46,345 nt of DNA from a virus (IMGVR_UViG_3300031519_000039:1-46345), one strand, 5' to 3'; shown: positions 35,802 through 46,229, numbered from the stretch's first letter. Numbers and translations are program-made. Notes: generated from the sequence alone by a model not told the origin.

Positions 35802-37580
35802 ATGGCACTTTTTGCACCATCTCAAAGTCCTGCAGTAATAGTCAAGGAAGTAGATCTGACTGGCGGAGTGCCAAATGTTCAGACTTCAACCGGAGCTTAT
35901 GTAGGCAAGTTTATGTGGGGTCCAGTCGAGCAGGTAACACTAATTGGTAACGAAGAAGAACTAGCTTCAACTTTCGGTACTCCTAATAGCGCCCATTCGA
36001 TTCCCTACCATGACGCAGCGTATTTCCTACGCTATTCAAACGCTTTACAATTAACTCGCATTATAGACTCAAGCGGTATTAACGCGGTTTCAACTACAGG
36101 CCAAACAGCCGCATATGCAGTTGGAACATATTCATCGCCAGTAATTAAAAACCCGACGGCCTTTGACCAACTTACAGCTAACTTGGACTCTGATGGACAT
36201 ACGTTCATCGGTCGTTTCCCAGGTTCACTAGGTAATTCTTTGCGAGTATCTATTTGCCCACCATCAGTAAGTGATTCTGGCTTCGATGCTTGGACCTACA
36301 AAGGTTCATTCGACGCAGCTCCAGGAACATCAGCCTATGCTGCAGCTAATGACGCTACAAATGATGAAGTCCACGTAGCGATTGTTGATATTAACGGCGA
36401 ATTTTCAGGAGCTAAAGGTACAGTCCTTGAAACATACCCTTTCATGTCTGTTGCTAGCAATGCTATCAATGCAGACGACGGTGGAAACATCTATGTTAAA
36501 GACGTAATCAACCAGAACTCTGCATATGTTCACTTTGTTGACTTCGACTCTAACTTCCGCGTATCTGGTAATGCTGGCACAGCAATTACACCGGGAGTAA
36601 CCAAAGCATTCCTTGGTACTGATGCTGGTGAAGCCGCTGTTAACTTTGCTTTTGATTCAGGTGGAAACGCTGATGACCTTAATCTTGGAGATTATCTAAC
36701 AGGATTTGATCTTTACGAAGATAAAGACATAATCGAAGTTGATTTCTTGATTGCACCAGGGTTACAAGCACGTGCAGACCAAACTACAGTTGTTAACGAT
36801 TTGATTGCAATTGCATCTGATCGTAAAGATTGTGTGGTTGTATCTGGTCCGGCTCGGTCAGATATTATTCTTCGCTCTAGCGATGCGGTAATCACACCAG
36901 AAATCGTAGCTACTGCAGCTACATTTACTCGTTCAAGCTACAACATCGTAGCTGGTAACTACTTAAAAGTTTACGATAAGCACAATGATAAGTACATTGA
37001 GATTCCAGCAAGTTCTTCAATTGCAGGTCTTATGGCCGAAACAGATCGTGTTGCAGCTCCTTGGTTCTCACCAGCGGGTACACGTCGTGGACAACTACTT
37101 GGCGTAACATCCGTCAATTACAACCCAAATAAAACCCGTAGAGATACACTTTACAAAGCAGGCATTAACCCAATCGTTAATATGCCGGGTCAAGGTATTA
37201 TCTTATTCGGTGATAAAACTGGTCTAGCAAGACCTTCCGCGTTCGACCGTATTAACGTACGTCGTTTGTTCCTAACTCTTGAGCGTGCCATTGAGCGTGC
37301 GGCCAAGAACGTACTCTTTGAATTCAACGATGAATTTACAAGAGCTGAGTTCGTGAATATCATCGAGCCAGTACTACGTGATGTTAAGGGACGGCGCGGT
37401 ATTACAGACTTCCGTATTATTGCTGATGAAACAGTCAATACTCCGGCAGTTGTAGATCGCAATGAGTTTATTGCTAATATTCTTATTAAGCCAGCTCGCT
37501 CGATTAACTTTATCACTCTCAACTTTGTAGCTGTCCGGACTGGTGTTTCTTTCGAAGAAATCGCTGGTCAGGCATTTTAA
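35802..37580 (+). CDS. gp18: Tail sheath protein gp18
   Basis: SPAV.VKEVDLT, PWFSPAG..RG, FGDKT, SAFDRINVRRLF, FEFNDEFTR and IKPARSINFI.LNFVA. Confidence 0.95.
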   Translation: MALFAPSQSPAVIVKEVDLTGGVPNVQTSTGAYVGKFMWGPVEQVTLIGNEEELASTFGTPNSAHSIPYHDAAYFLRYSNALQLTRIIDSSGINAVSTTGQTAAYAVGTYSSPVIKNPTAFDQLTANLDSDGHTFIGRFPGSLGNSLRVSICPPSVSDSGFDAWTYKGSFDAAPGTSAYAAANDATNDEVHVAIVDINGEFSGAKGTVLETYPFMSVASNAINADDGGNIYVKDVINQNSAYVHFVDFDSNFRVSGNAGTAITPGVTKAFLGTDAGEAAVNFAFDSGGNADDLNLGDYLTGFDLYEDKDIIEVDFLIAPGLQARADQTTVVNDLIAIASDRKDCVVVSGPARSDIILRSSDAVITPEIVATAATFTRSSYNIVAGNYLKVYDKHNDKYIEIPASSSIAGLMAETDRVAAPWFSPAGTRRGQLLGVTSVNYNPNKTRRDTLYKAGINPIVNMPGQGIILFGDKTGLARPSAFDRINVRRLFLTLERAIERAAKNVLFEFNDEFTRAEFVNIIEPVLRDVKGRRGITDFRIIADETVNTPAVVDRNEFIANILIKPARSINFITLNFVAVRTGVSFEEIAGQAF

Positions 37581-37598
37581 TCTAGGAGGATTTAACTT

Positions 37599-38135
37599 AT
37601 GGCACTTGGTAGTGTAGACGAATTTAAGTCACGGCTAACCGGCGGTGGTGCTCGCGGTAATCTCTTTCAGATTACGCTTGCCAATCCTCGGGGTGGTCTA
37701 GGTGTAGAACTTGACGTTGACTTCGCATCTTTTATGTGTGAAGGCGGTCAGCTTCCAGCTTCAACTGTAGGAACGATTGAAATACCGTTCCGCGGTCGTA
37801 GACTGAAAGTGGCTGGAGACAGAACGTTCGATCCTTGGTCAATTACAGTGATTAACGATACAGAGTTCAAAGTACGAGATCAAATGGAAGTTTGGATGAA
37901 TGCAATTGCTAACCATGCTGATGCTGGTGGCACGCAGAATCCAGAACTTTATTTTGCTGATCTGAAAGTTGACCAATTTGACCGTGATGAAAGAGTCATT
38001 AAGACTTACACGTTCAAAGATGCTTGGCCTTCATCAGTATCTGCTATTGAACTGAGTTATGCTGACGATCAAATCGAAAGATTCCAGATCGAATGGCAGT
38101 ATCAGTACTGGACCAGTAACACCACTGATCAGTAA
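37599..38135 (+). CDS. gp19: Tail tube protein gp19
   Basis: GGARGNLF, FRGR.LKVAGDRTF.PW.ITVIND and AWP. GGAGG SD. Confidence 0.95.
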   Translation: MALGSVDEFKSRLTGGGARGNLFQITLANPRGGLGVELDVDFASFMCEGGQLPASTVGTIEIPFRGRRLKVAGDRTFDPWSITVINDTEFKVRDQMEVWMNAIANHADAGGTQNPELYFADLKVDQFDRDERVIKTYTFKDAWPSSVSAIELSYADDQIERFQIEWQYQYWTSNTTDQ

Positions 38136-38146
38136 TAATATATAGA

Positions 38147-38176
38147 TGGAGAGCGGGGTAATCCGCTCTCCACTTT
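38147..38176 (+). terminator. Stem-loop after gp19 (probable weak terminator or RNA stability element)
   Basis: TGGAGAGCGG-G-GTAA-T-CCGCTCTCCA followed by CTTT. Confidence 0.6.
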
Positions 38177-38192
38177 ATAATAAGGAATTCAC

Positions 38193-39689
38193 ATGGCAGA
38201 TGACGCTTTTAAGCTATTTGGCTTTGAAATAAAAAGAGCAAGTAACGAAGATCCTAAGAAGATTCCTTCGATTGTTCCTGCTCGAGATGAAGATGGTGCT
38301 GGATATGTAACGGCATCTGGTTCTCATTATGGACAATATATTAATCAAGACGGTACAGACGCAAAAGATAATCATGCATTGATTATGAAGTACCGCGGCG
38401 TAGCTATGCACCCAGAAGTTGACATGGCAATTGAAGATATTGTAAATGAATCGATTGTCGGCGGTGAAGAGCCAGTATCGATTAAAATGGATAATTTAAA
38501 CGTTTCTAATTCTATTAAAAAACAAATTAGAGAAGAGTTCGATAACGTCAACGGGATGTTAAACTTTACCGAGCTTGGCCACGACATGTTTAGACGATGG
38601 TACGTTGATGGCAGGATTTACCACCACATCGTAGTTGATGAAAAGAATCTTAAAGCAGGTATTCAGGACATTCGTCCAATTGATGCTGCTCGTATTCGTA
38701 AAGTAAAAGAAGTAAAGAAAAAGAAAGATCCAAAAACTGGAGCTAATCTTATTGAAAGAGTTGATGAGTATTTCATCTACCAAGAAAAGCCAGGGTCTCA
38801 AAGTAGTGGTGTTAAACTAAGTCTTGATTCTGTTTCATATATTACTTCTGGATTGCTTGACGAAAAAAGACAAAAAGTATTATCGTACTTACATAAAGCA
38901 TTAAAGCCAATCAATCAGTTAAGAATGATGGAAGACTCTTTGGTCATCTATCGTTTGGCTCGTGCTCCAGAACGTCGTATCTTCTATATTGATGTTGGTA
39001 ACTTACCACGTGGTAAAGCCGAACAATATATGAAAGATATTATGACTCGGTACCGTAATAAGCTCGTTTACGATGCTAGCACCGGAGAAATCAAGGATGA
39101 TAGAAAACACCAATCATTACTTGAAGATTTCTGGTTGCCAAGACGTGAAGGCGGTAAAGGTACAGAAATTTCGACTCTCCCTGGTGGTGATAACCTAGGA
39201 CAAATCGAAGACATACTTTATTTTCAAAAGAAACTTTATCGTTCACTTAATGTTCCAATGAATCGTTTAGAACAAGAACAGCAGTTCTCTCTTGGCCGAG
39301 CCACAGAGATTAGCCGGGACGAACTTAAGTTTCAAAAGTACATAGATAGATTACGCACACGTTTTGGTTACATATTCCTCGGCATGCTTAAAGTACAGCT
39401 ATTGCTCAAAGGTATTATTACTGAAGACGATTGGCAAGGAATGCGAAATCACATTATTGTTGATTTTGCACGTGATAATCACTTCACTGAATTAAAAGAT
39501 TCAGAATTACTAAGAGAAAGAATCCAAACACTTGACGCTATGCGTGACTATATTGGTGAATACTTCTCTAAAGAGTGGGTACAAAAGAATGTGCTACACT
39601 TTACTGATGATGATATTGACAACATGAAGTTGGGGGATAGCTCAGAAGCACCACCACAAGATCAAGATGGAGATGAAGACAATGAGTGA
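38193..39689 (+). CDS. gp20: Portal vertex protein gp20
   Basis: FRRWYVDGRI, NQLRMMEDSLVIYR.ARAPERRIFYIDVGN and EDFWLPRREGGKGTEISTLPGG. Confidence 0.97.
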   Translation: MADDAFKLFGFEIKRASNEDPKKIPSIVPARDEDGAGYVTASGSHYGQYINQDGTDAKDNHALIMKYRGVAMHPEVDMAIEDIVNESIVGGEEPVSIKMDNLNVSNSIKKQIREEFDNVNGMLNFTELGHDMFRRWYVDGRIYHHIVVDEKNLKAGIQDIRPIDAARIRKVKEVKKKKDPKTGANLIERVDEYFIYQEKPGSQSSGVKLSLDSVSYITSGLLDEKRQKVLSYLHKALKPINQLRMMEDSLVIYRLARAPERRIFYIDVGNLPRGKAEQYMKDIMTRYRNKLVYDASTGEIKDDRKHQSLLEDFWLPRREGGKGTEISTLPGGDNLGQIEDILYFQKKLYRSLNVPMNRLEQEQQFSLGRATEISRDELKFQKYIDRLRTRFGYIFLGMLKVQLLLKGIITEDDWQGMRNHIIVDFARDNHFTELKDSELLRERIQTLDAMRDYIGEYFSKEWVQKNVLHFTDDDIDNMKLGDSSEAPPQDQDGDEDNE

Positions 39690-40005
39690 ATTAGAAACCG
39701 CAGTACAAGAGCCAGAAGTAGAAGCTAACCCTTTGGCTGATCTTGTTGATGCTGCACTTGCTAAAGATTATAATAAAGCAAATGAAATCTTTGGCCAAGC
39801 AGTAACGGTAAAATTGAGCGATGTTATGGATCAAGAGCGAATTAAAATCGCTGGACAAATCTTTAATGGAGATGCCGATGAAGACGAAGACGTTGATGAC
39901 GAAGAAGATCTTCAAGCGGGCGGAACTGACGATGAAGCAGAAGGCGAGTCTGGATCGGAAGAAGAGACAGGATCGGAAGAATCTGATGAATCGGCCGAAG
40001 TTTAA
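39682..40005 (+). CDS. Acidic prohead core protein (gp67-like position)
   Basis: Very acidic small protein between gp20 and gp21. Confidence 0.6.
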   Translation: MSELETAVQEPEVEANPLADLVDAALAKDYNKANEIFGQAVTVKLSDVMDQERIKIAGQIFNGDADEDEDVDDEEDLQAGGTDDEAEGESGSEEETGSEESDESAEV

Positions 40006-40022
40006 GTAAAGAATTGAATTCA

Positions 40023-40030
40023 TATAAATA
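40023..40030 (+). promoter_or_regulatory. T4-type late promoter
   Basis: TATAAATA upstream of gp21. Confidence 0.8.
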
Positions 40031-40059
40031 ATACTAATGTTACAAAAAGGTTTGTGTAG

Positions 40060-40716
40060 ATGAAATTAATTTCAGAATTTGTTGACCAAAACATTGGCTG
40101 CAGAATTATTACCGAAGAGAAATCCGGTAAGAAAAAGTATGTCATTGAAGGTGTATTTGCACAAGCAGACATGAAGAATCGTAACGGTAGAATATATCCA
40201 AAAGGCATTATGGAAGCAGCAGTCAATAAATATAACGATGTGCAAGTTTCTAAAGGTCGTGCGGTTGGTGAGTTAAACCACCCTGAAGGTCCTACCGTTA
40301 ATCTAGATAAAGTTTCTCATAAGATCGATGAACTCAAGTTTGAAGGCAACGATGTTATGGGCAAAGCCACAGTATTGGATACTCCAATGGGAATGATCGT
40401 ACAAGGTCTGCTCGATGGTGGTGTGCAACTGGGGGTTTCGACTCGTGGTATGGGAAGTTTGATGCAACAAAATAACGCAATGGTCGTCAAAGACGATTTT
40501 ATGCTTAATGCTATTGATATAGTACAAGATCCATCTGCACCGTCTGCATTTGTTAATGGAGTAATGGAAGGTGTTGACTGGGTATGGCATAACGGTATTT
40601 TAGAGCCACAAGCTATTGAAAAAATGGAGACTGAAATAAAACAGGCTTCACGTGCTGATCTCTATGAGGTACAAGTTCGTGAGTTCAAGAATTTCCTCTC
40701 GTTACTCAAAAGTTAG
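40060..40716 (+). CDS. gp21: Prohead protease gp21
   Basis: KNRNGRIYP, GELNHP, GVSTRGMGS and DIVQDPSAP.AFV.G. Confidence 0.95.
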   Translation: MKLISEFVDQNIGCRIITEEKSGKKKYVIEGVFAQADMKNRNGRIYPKGIMEAAVNKYNDVQVSKGRAVGELNHPEGPTVNLDKVSHKIDELKFEGNDVMGKATVLDTPMGMIVQGLLDGGVQLGVSTRGMGSLMQQNNAMVVKDDFMLNAIDIVQDPSAPSAFVNGVMEGVDWVWHNGILEPQAIEKMETEIKQASRADLYEVQVREFKNFLSLLKS

Positions 40717-40736
40717 ATAAAATAGGAGTCAATCTA

Positions 40737-41795
40737 ATGACTGATCAAATCAAAGATGATCAAGATGTTGAACTCCATGATGACGAGAATGTCATGGAAA
40801 TGTCTGATCACGAAGCTGATTCAGCAAAATCTGTAGACGCGGCCGGCGATGCAACGGGCTCAGCCCCTAAGCGCTCAAGCGATGCAACAACTCAAGATCC
40901 AATGCCTAAAACAAAAGCTGCTCTGATGGCTGCAATGATGCAAAACATGGGGAAGATGGATAAGAAATCTCTCCAAGCTATGTATTCTAAGCAATCAGAA
41001 ATGTATCACAAAGAAGATACCGACGTAGATGGCGAAACTGTTACAGAAGCTCCAAAGGCTCAAGTACAGTACGAAGCTAACTTCGAAGAAGATCTTAACG
41101 CATTGGTTAACGAAGAGGCTACTCTTTCCGACGAATTCAAGGGCAAAGCTGCTACAATTTTTGAAGCTGCTATTAAGTCAAAGCTCTCTAATGAAATTGA
41201 TCGTTTGGAAGAAAAGTACAACGAAGAGTTGGCTGAAGAAGTATCAACAACAAAAGCTGATCTTGTAGAAAAGGTAGATTCATACCTTAACTACGTTGTA
41301 GAACAGTGGATGGAAGACAACAAGGTATCAGTTCAAGCTGGCCTTCGCACTGAGATCGCAGAGAAGTTTATGGGCAGTCTGAAAGACTTGTTCGTAGAAT
41401 CCTACATCGACGTACCAGAGTCTAAAGTAGACCTAGTTGACGAACTTGCAGGTGAAGTTGCAGAACTCGAAGAGAATCTGAACAGCTCAACAGGCAAGAT
41501 CATCGAAATGACCGAAGAATTAGAAAGCTTTAAGCGTGACGCGGTTATCCGTGAAGCGACAAAAGACCTTGCTGAAACTCAGGTCGAGAAGTTAAAATCT
41601 CTTGTAGCTGATATCGACTTTAGCGAAAGTTTCGCTGAAAAGGTAGCAACTGTAAAAGAATCTTACTTCAACAACAAAGCGGCAGGATCCGAGGTTGATG
41701 CTGATCAGATTGATGAATCTTTCGATACGGAAGTAGAAACATCTGACATCATGGGCCAATATCTGAGTGCCATTAAAAGACAAACGAAATCCTAA
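40737..41795 (+). CDS. gp22: Prohead scaffold (core) protein gp22
   Basis: Acidic coiled coil with LSDEFK.KAATIFEAA and VDSYLNYVVEQW. Confidence 0.9.
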   Translation: MTDQIKDDQDVELHDDENVMEMSDHEADSAKSVDAAGDATGSAPKRSSDATTQDPMPKTKAALMAAMMQNMGKMDKKSLQAMYSKQSEMYHKEDTDVDGETVTEAPKAQVQYEANFEEDLNALVNEEATLSDEFKGKAATIFEAAIKSKLSNEIDRLEEKYNEELAEEVSTTKADLVEKVDSYLNYVVEQWMEDNKVSVQAGLRTEIAEKFMGSLKDLFVESYIDVPESKVDLVDELAGEVAELEENLNSSTGKIIEMTEELESFKRDAVIREATKDLAETQVEKLKSLVADIDFSESFAEKVATVKESYFNNKAAGSEVDADQIDESFDTEVETSDIMGQYLSAIKRQTKS

Positions 41796-41809
41796 GGGAG
41801 CAATAAGAA

Positions 41810-43141
41810 ATGCATAACGTAATTTCATACGATAAGCTGATCGAAAAGTGGGCACCAGTACTCGAGTCTGAGTCATGTGGTTCAATTCAAGACAGCCACC
41901 GGAAAGCAGTAACAGCTGCTGTTCTGGAAAACCAAGAGCACGCACTTAAAGAAGAAGGCATGCTTTCCGAAACAACTAACGTAGCATCTGCTGCAAACTG
42001 GAATCCAGTTCTGATTGCACTAGTACGTCGCGCAATGCCTAACCTCGTTGCTTATGACATCTGTGGTGTTCAGCCTATGACTGGTCCAACAGGTCTGATC
42101 TTCGCAATGAAGTCAACCTTCCAGAAGACAAAAGCTGGCGTAGCAAGTGGCGACGAAGCTCTCTTCAACGAAGCTCCAGTCGGTTACTCAGGTGACTCAG
42201 CAACAACTGCAAACGGCGCAGCAGGCCCATCTGGCTTGACTGGCGTATCCGATACTGATGGCGATTCTTCAATCGTTGATTCAGGCGGTTCATACGTACC
42301 TTATGCAGGCGATGCTTACACAACTGCAGAAGCTGAACTATTAGGCGTAGGTTCTAACGAAACTATTGCTCCAATGGGCTTCACAATCGAAAAAGCTACA
42401 GTAACAGCTAAGTCACGTGCACTACGTGCTAACTACACACTTGAGCTTGCACAAGACCTTAAAGCAATCCACGGATTGGACGCAGAGACAGAATTGGCAA
42501 ACATCTTGTCAACTGAAATCTTGGCTGAAATCAACCGTGAGGTTGTTCGTACAGTTAACCGTCAAGCTAAGATCGGTTCACGCCAAACATCTAACCAGAC
42601 ACTTGGTATCTTTGACTTGTCAACAGATGCAGACGGTCGCTGGTCAGTTGAGAAGTACAAAGGCTTGATCATGCAGATCGAGCGCGAAGCAAATGCAATT
42701 GCCAAAGACACACGTCGCGGTAAAGGTAACTTCGTAATGTGTTCATCTGATGTAGCTGCTGCTCTTAACGCTGCAGGCATGTTAGATTACACACCAGCTC
42801 TTGCTGCTAACCTGAACGTAGACGATACTGGCAACACATTCGCTGGTACTCTAAACGGTCGCATGAAAGTCTACATCGATCCATACTCAACTCGTGATTA
42901 TATCACTGTTGGCTATAAGGGTTCAAACCCATACGATGCAGGTCTCTTCTATTGCCCATACGTACCACTAACTATGGTCAAGGCAGTTGGCGAAGAAGAC
43001 TTCCAGCCACGGATCGGCTTCAAGACTCGTTACGGTATGGTATCAAATCCATTCGTATCAGCCACACCAGACAACGGTCTTGCTACTGATCGTACAAATG
43101 GTTACTACCGGATCTCAGCGATTAATAACCTACTTACATAG
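41810..43141 (+). CDS. gp23: Major capsid protein gp23
   Basis: LVRRAMP.L.AYDICGVQPMTGPTGLIFAM, ELAQDLKAIHGLDAE.ELANILS.EILAEINREV and FQPRIGFKTRYG. Confidence 0.98.
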   Translation: MHNVISYDKLIEKWAPVLESESCGSIQDSHRKAVTAAVLENQEHALKEEGMLSETTNVASAANWNPVLIALVRRAMPNLVAYDICGVQPMTGPTGLIFAMKSTFQKTKAGVASGDEALFNEAPVGYSGDSATTANGAAGPSGLTGVSDTDGDSSIVDSGGSYVPYAGDAYTTAEAELLGVGSNETIAPMGFTIEKATVTAKSRALRANYTLELAQDLKAIHGLDAETELANILSTEILAEINREVVRTVNRQAKIGSRQTSNQTLGIFDLSTDADGRWSVEKYKGLIMQIEREANAIAKDTRRGKGNFVMCSSDVAAALNAAGMLDYTPALAANLNVDDTGNTFAGTLNGRMKVYIDPYSTRDYITVGYKGSNPYDAGLFYCPYVPLTMVKAVGEEDFQPRIGFKTRYGMVSNPFVSATPDNGLATDRTNGYYRISAINNLLT

Positions 43142-43185
43142 TAGACATAATCAAAAACGATCGCTAGGTAGAAATCTAGTAACTG

Positions 43186-43221
43186 GAAACCCCGCTTCGG
43201 CGGGGTTTCTTATTATCTTTT
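43186..43221 (+). terminator. Rho-independent terminator after gp23
   Basis: GAAACCCCGC-TTCG-GCGGGGTTTC (10-bp stem, cUUCGg loop) followed by a T-rich tract. Confidence 0.9.
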
Positions 43222-43225
43222 GTTG

Positions 43226-43233
43226 TATAAATA
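43226..43233 (+). promoter_or_regulatory. T4-type late promoter
   Basis: TATAAATA directly after the terminator, upstream of gp3. Confidence 0.8.
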
Positions 43234-43254
43234 GACTTATATAGGAGTAAGATT

Positions 43255-43755
43255 GTGGCTACACTAACAAACAATATGAACTACTTAATGCCAACAGGCT
43301 TTAAGATAGTTATAGATCGAGAAAATTATCCAAACATTGAATACTTTTGTCAATCAGTTTCACACCCGTCTTTAAGTCTAGCACCTAGTGAATTACCATA
43401 TCGCAAAGTGCGCAATATTCCATTACCCGGTGGTACTATTGATTATGGCAATTTAGACATTTCAATCATTTTAGATGAAGATCTGCATGGATATACTGAA
43501 ATGCATGATTGGATGATTCGTATTACAGATGAAAAGCTACAGGGTCCATTAGATCGAGTAACTGGCGGTGTTCCATCATCTGCAGACATTACACTTACAG
43601 TATTGAATAGCCAAAACAATAAAGTAAAATCAATACGATATAACCAGTGTTCGCCAACTGAGTTGGGCGCTATTTCGTTCGACACAACTGGTGGTGGCAC
43701 AGACTACTTGACATGCACTATGAGCTTTAGATTCCTTAACTTCGAGCTCATATAG
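43255..43755 (+). CDS. gp3: Tail completion / tube terminator gp3-like protein
   Basis: NYL.PTGFK, YFCQSV..P, LDEDL..Y.E.HDW and SADITL.VL.S. GTG start with AGGAG SD. Synteny gp23-gp3-uvsY-uvsW. Confidence 0.8.
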   Translation: MATLTNNMNYLMPTGFKIVIDRENYPNIEYFCQSVSHPSLSLAPSELPYRKVRNIPLPGGTIDYGNLDISIILDEDLHGYTEMHDWMIRITDEKLQGPLDRVTGGVPSSADITLTVLNSQNNKVKSIRYNQCSPTELGAISFDTTGGGTDYLTCTMSFRFLNFELI

Positions 43756-43781
43756 ATAATTCTATATGACGGAGATACATA

Positions 43782-44225
43782 ATGATTGATTTGAAAGATG
43801 TTCTGGCCGATTGGTCAGAAGATAGTAAACTTACTATGCAACTTGACGAAGATTCACGTAAAACTCCACTACTTCATGCTAAATATCTTGAAAAGCTTGC
43901 TAATTGCAAACTTCTGCTTAAACGTGCAGAGTTTTCTCAAAAGACATTGCTGAAACAAAAGTGGGAATGGTACAATGGCAAAATGGATATGGACACGGTA
44001 AAAGAACTCGGTTGGGATCCTGATCCATTCAATGGCTTAAAAGTAATGAAAGGTGATATGGATTACTATTACGATTCAGATCCTGAAATTCAAAAGTCAG
44101 AAGAAAAAATACAATATTACAAAACATTAGTTGAAACTCTTAATGAAATTGTCTCTAACTTAAATTGGAGACATCAAACAATAGGAAATATCATTAAATG
44201 GAAGCAATTCGAATCCGGCGCTTAA
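43782..44225 (+). CDS. uvsY: Recombination mediator UvsY
   Basis: PLLHAKYL, WEWYNGK, I.NIIKW..F.SG. Synteny. Confidence 0.85.
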   Translation: MIDLKDVLADWSEDSKLTMQLDEDSRKTPLLHAKYLEKLANCKLLLKRAEFSQKTLLKQKWEWYNGKMDMDTVKELGWDPDPFNGLKVMKGDMDYYYDSDPEIQKSEEKIQYYKTLVETLNEIVSNLNWRHQTIGNIIKWKQFESGA

Positions 44226-45685
44226 CTCATGCGATGCTCCACGTGGAATGCGATTTTGGTCAAGCTGCTGAGATAAAAGAATTCTTTTCGTTTTTTGTTC
44301 CGGGTTACCAGTGGATGCCTGCGTTTAAGCGCAGAATTTGGGATGGTAAAATACGTTTGTTTGATACAAACACCGGAGAACTACCTGCTGGACTTATCCA
44401 TCATCTTGTACAATATATTGAAAGCCGTGGATACAACTATGAGCTAGTCAAAACAAAGTATGGTACACCTTTAGAAGATGAAAGGCCAGATCCAAAAGAA
44501 GTAGTTCAATTCATTAAGACATTAAATCTTCCTTTTGATCCACGTGATTACCAGTTTATTGCAATCATGGAAGCATTGCACAGAACTCGTGGTATTTTGT
44601 TATCTCCAACCGGTAGTGGTAAGTCTCTTATCATTTACGTATTAGCAAAGTATTGGTTAAGCTTAGTTGAAGGCGCATTGTACGGAGCAGACAAGGTACT
44701 TGTGATTGTCCCTACTACTGGTCTAGTAGAACAAATGCACGGAGATTTTATTCAGTATGGCTGTAATCCAGATGATTTGCATAGAATCTATTCAGGTAAA
44801 GATAAACAATTCAAACAAAATATCTGTATTAGTACATGGCAATCAATCTATAAGCTGCCGAAAGACTGGTATCAACAATTTGGCATGGTAGTTGGAGATG
44901 AGTGTCACGGCTTTAAGTCTAAGTCACTCATGAATATCATGAATAAAGCTACGGAGGCAAAGTATCGATATGGCACGACTGGGACTTTGGATGGAACTCA
45001 AACTCATGAGCTGGTGCTTCAGGGACTTTTTGGAAAGACGTTTAAGGTTACTACTACCAAAAAGCTTCAGGACTCAGGAACTCTCGCTGAACTTAATATC
45101 AAACGACTCGTTCTTGATTATTCGGCAGATGCAAGACGGGACTGTGAGCAAAAAAGTTATCAAGATGAAATCGAGTTTATCGTCACCAACGAAAAAAGAA
45201 ACAGGCTAATACGCAATCTTGCGCTTGACCAAAATGGTAACACTTTAGTATTATTCAATTTTGTGGAAAAACATGGAAAACCTTTATTCGATTTGATTCA
45301 GGATAAGGCTGATGAAAAACGGAAAGTATTTTTCGTATCAGGTAGTGTTGCCACATCAGACCGCGAAGCAATTCGTGGAATAGTGGAGAAACAGAAAAAT
45401 GCTATCATTGTTGCATCCTTGGGTACCTTTAGCACTGGGATTAATATCCGTAATCTTCATAATATTGTCTTTGCGTCGCCATCTAAATCTCAAATTCGAG
45501 TTCTTCAATCGATCGGACGAGGATTAAGAAAATCAGATAACGAAGTAGCTACCACACTTTACGACGTTATAGATAATATTAGTACCGATAATCGAAAGAA
45601 CTTTGCTTGGTTACATGGCGAAGAAAGACTTAAAATATATCATCGTGAACGTTTTAATCATAAAACTTATAAGGTAGAACTATGA
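44198..45685 (+). CDS. uvsW: SF2 DNA helicase UvsW
   Basis: WDGKIRLF, PRDYQ, SPTGSGKS, DECH, TGT, FSTGINI and QSIGRGLR. Confidence 0.95.
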   Translation: MEAIRIRRLTHAMLHVECDFGQAAEIKEFFSFFVPGYQWMPAFKRRIWDGKIRLFDTNTGELPAGLIHHLVQYIESRGYNYELVKTKYGTPLEDERPDPKEVVQFIKTLNLPFDPRDYQFIAIMEALHRTRGILLSPTGSGKSLIIYVLAKYWLSLVEGALYGADKVLVIVPTTGLVEQMHGDFIQYGCNPDDLHRIYSGKDKQFKQNICISTWQSIYKLPKDWYQQFGMVVGDECHGFKSKSLMNIMNKATEAKYRYGTTGTLDGTQTHELVLQGLFGKTFKVTTTKKLQDSGTLAELNIKRLVLDYSADARRDCEQKSYQDEIEFIVTNEKRNRLIRNLALDQNGNTLVLFNFVEKHGKPLFDLIQDKADEKRKVFFVSGSVATSDREAIRGIVEKQKNAIIVASLGTFSTGINIRNLHNIVFASPSKSQIRVLQSIGRGLRKSDNEVATTLYDVIDNISTDNRKNFAWLHGEERLKIYHRERFNHKTYKVEL

Positions 45686-46170
45686 GCAACTTAAACTTTA
45701 AGCAATTTAAGCTATCAAATGGCGAAGAAGTGATTGCTGATGTTGTTGAAGCAGAAGAAGAAATACTTATTGTACGCGCTGCTATGAAGATTATAGAAAT
45801 TGAACACCTCGAAGAAGGCTATAGTTATTTTGCGTTCAGGCCGTTTGTATCTTTTCAAGATAGTGTCGACACGTTACAAATACTTAGTACTCAACATATT
45901 ATTACTGAAACTACACCATCACATAACTTGCTTAAACATTATGCATCAGCGATTGGTAAGTTAGCTAAGTTTCTTAGAGGTGGCAAAACTTTAGAAGAAT
46001 TCGAAGTTATGTCAGATGATGAAGTTGAATCTTATATTGCAGACCTTTTAGAACGTGAATTAGCAGCAGGTGGTGAAGAATACGAGATAGACATTGATTT
46101 CGATGACATTGAAGAAGAAGACTTAGGAGAAAACGTTGTACGGTTTAATCCAAAAGACACGGTACACTGA
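45682..46170 (+). CDS. Conserved T4-like hypothetical protein downstream of uvsW (Sm-like N-terminus)
   Basis: FKLSNGEEVIA..., acidic tail and NVVRF..TVH ending. Confidence 0.65.
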   Translation: MSNLNFKQFKLSNGEEVIADVVEAEEEILIVRAAMKIIEIEHLEEGYSYFAFRPFVSFQDSVDTLQILSTQHIITETTPSHNLLKHYASAIGKLAKFLRGGKTLEEFEVMSDDEVESYIADLLERELAAGGEEYEIDIDFDDIEEEDLGENVVRFNPKDTVH

Positions 46171-46200
46171 TAGTATTCCTTCCCTCCCCGGTTATACTTT

Positions 46201-46229
46201 ATTATACCATGAAAACACCATCTTGTACA
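46201..46229 (-). promoter_or_regulatory. Sigma70-type promoter pointing leftward (antisense to the upstream genes)
   Basis: Minus strand reads TGTACA-17 nt-TATAAT with an extended -10 TGn. Confidence 0.55.

Noticed and set aside
34080-43141. Introns, inteins or homing endonucleases in gp17, gp18, gp20 or gp23
   Set aside because: All are uninterrupted and of ordinary length, with no intein or endonuclease motifs seen.
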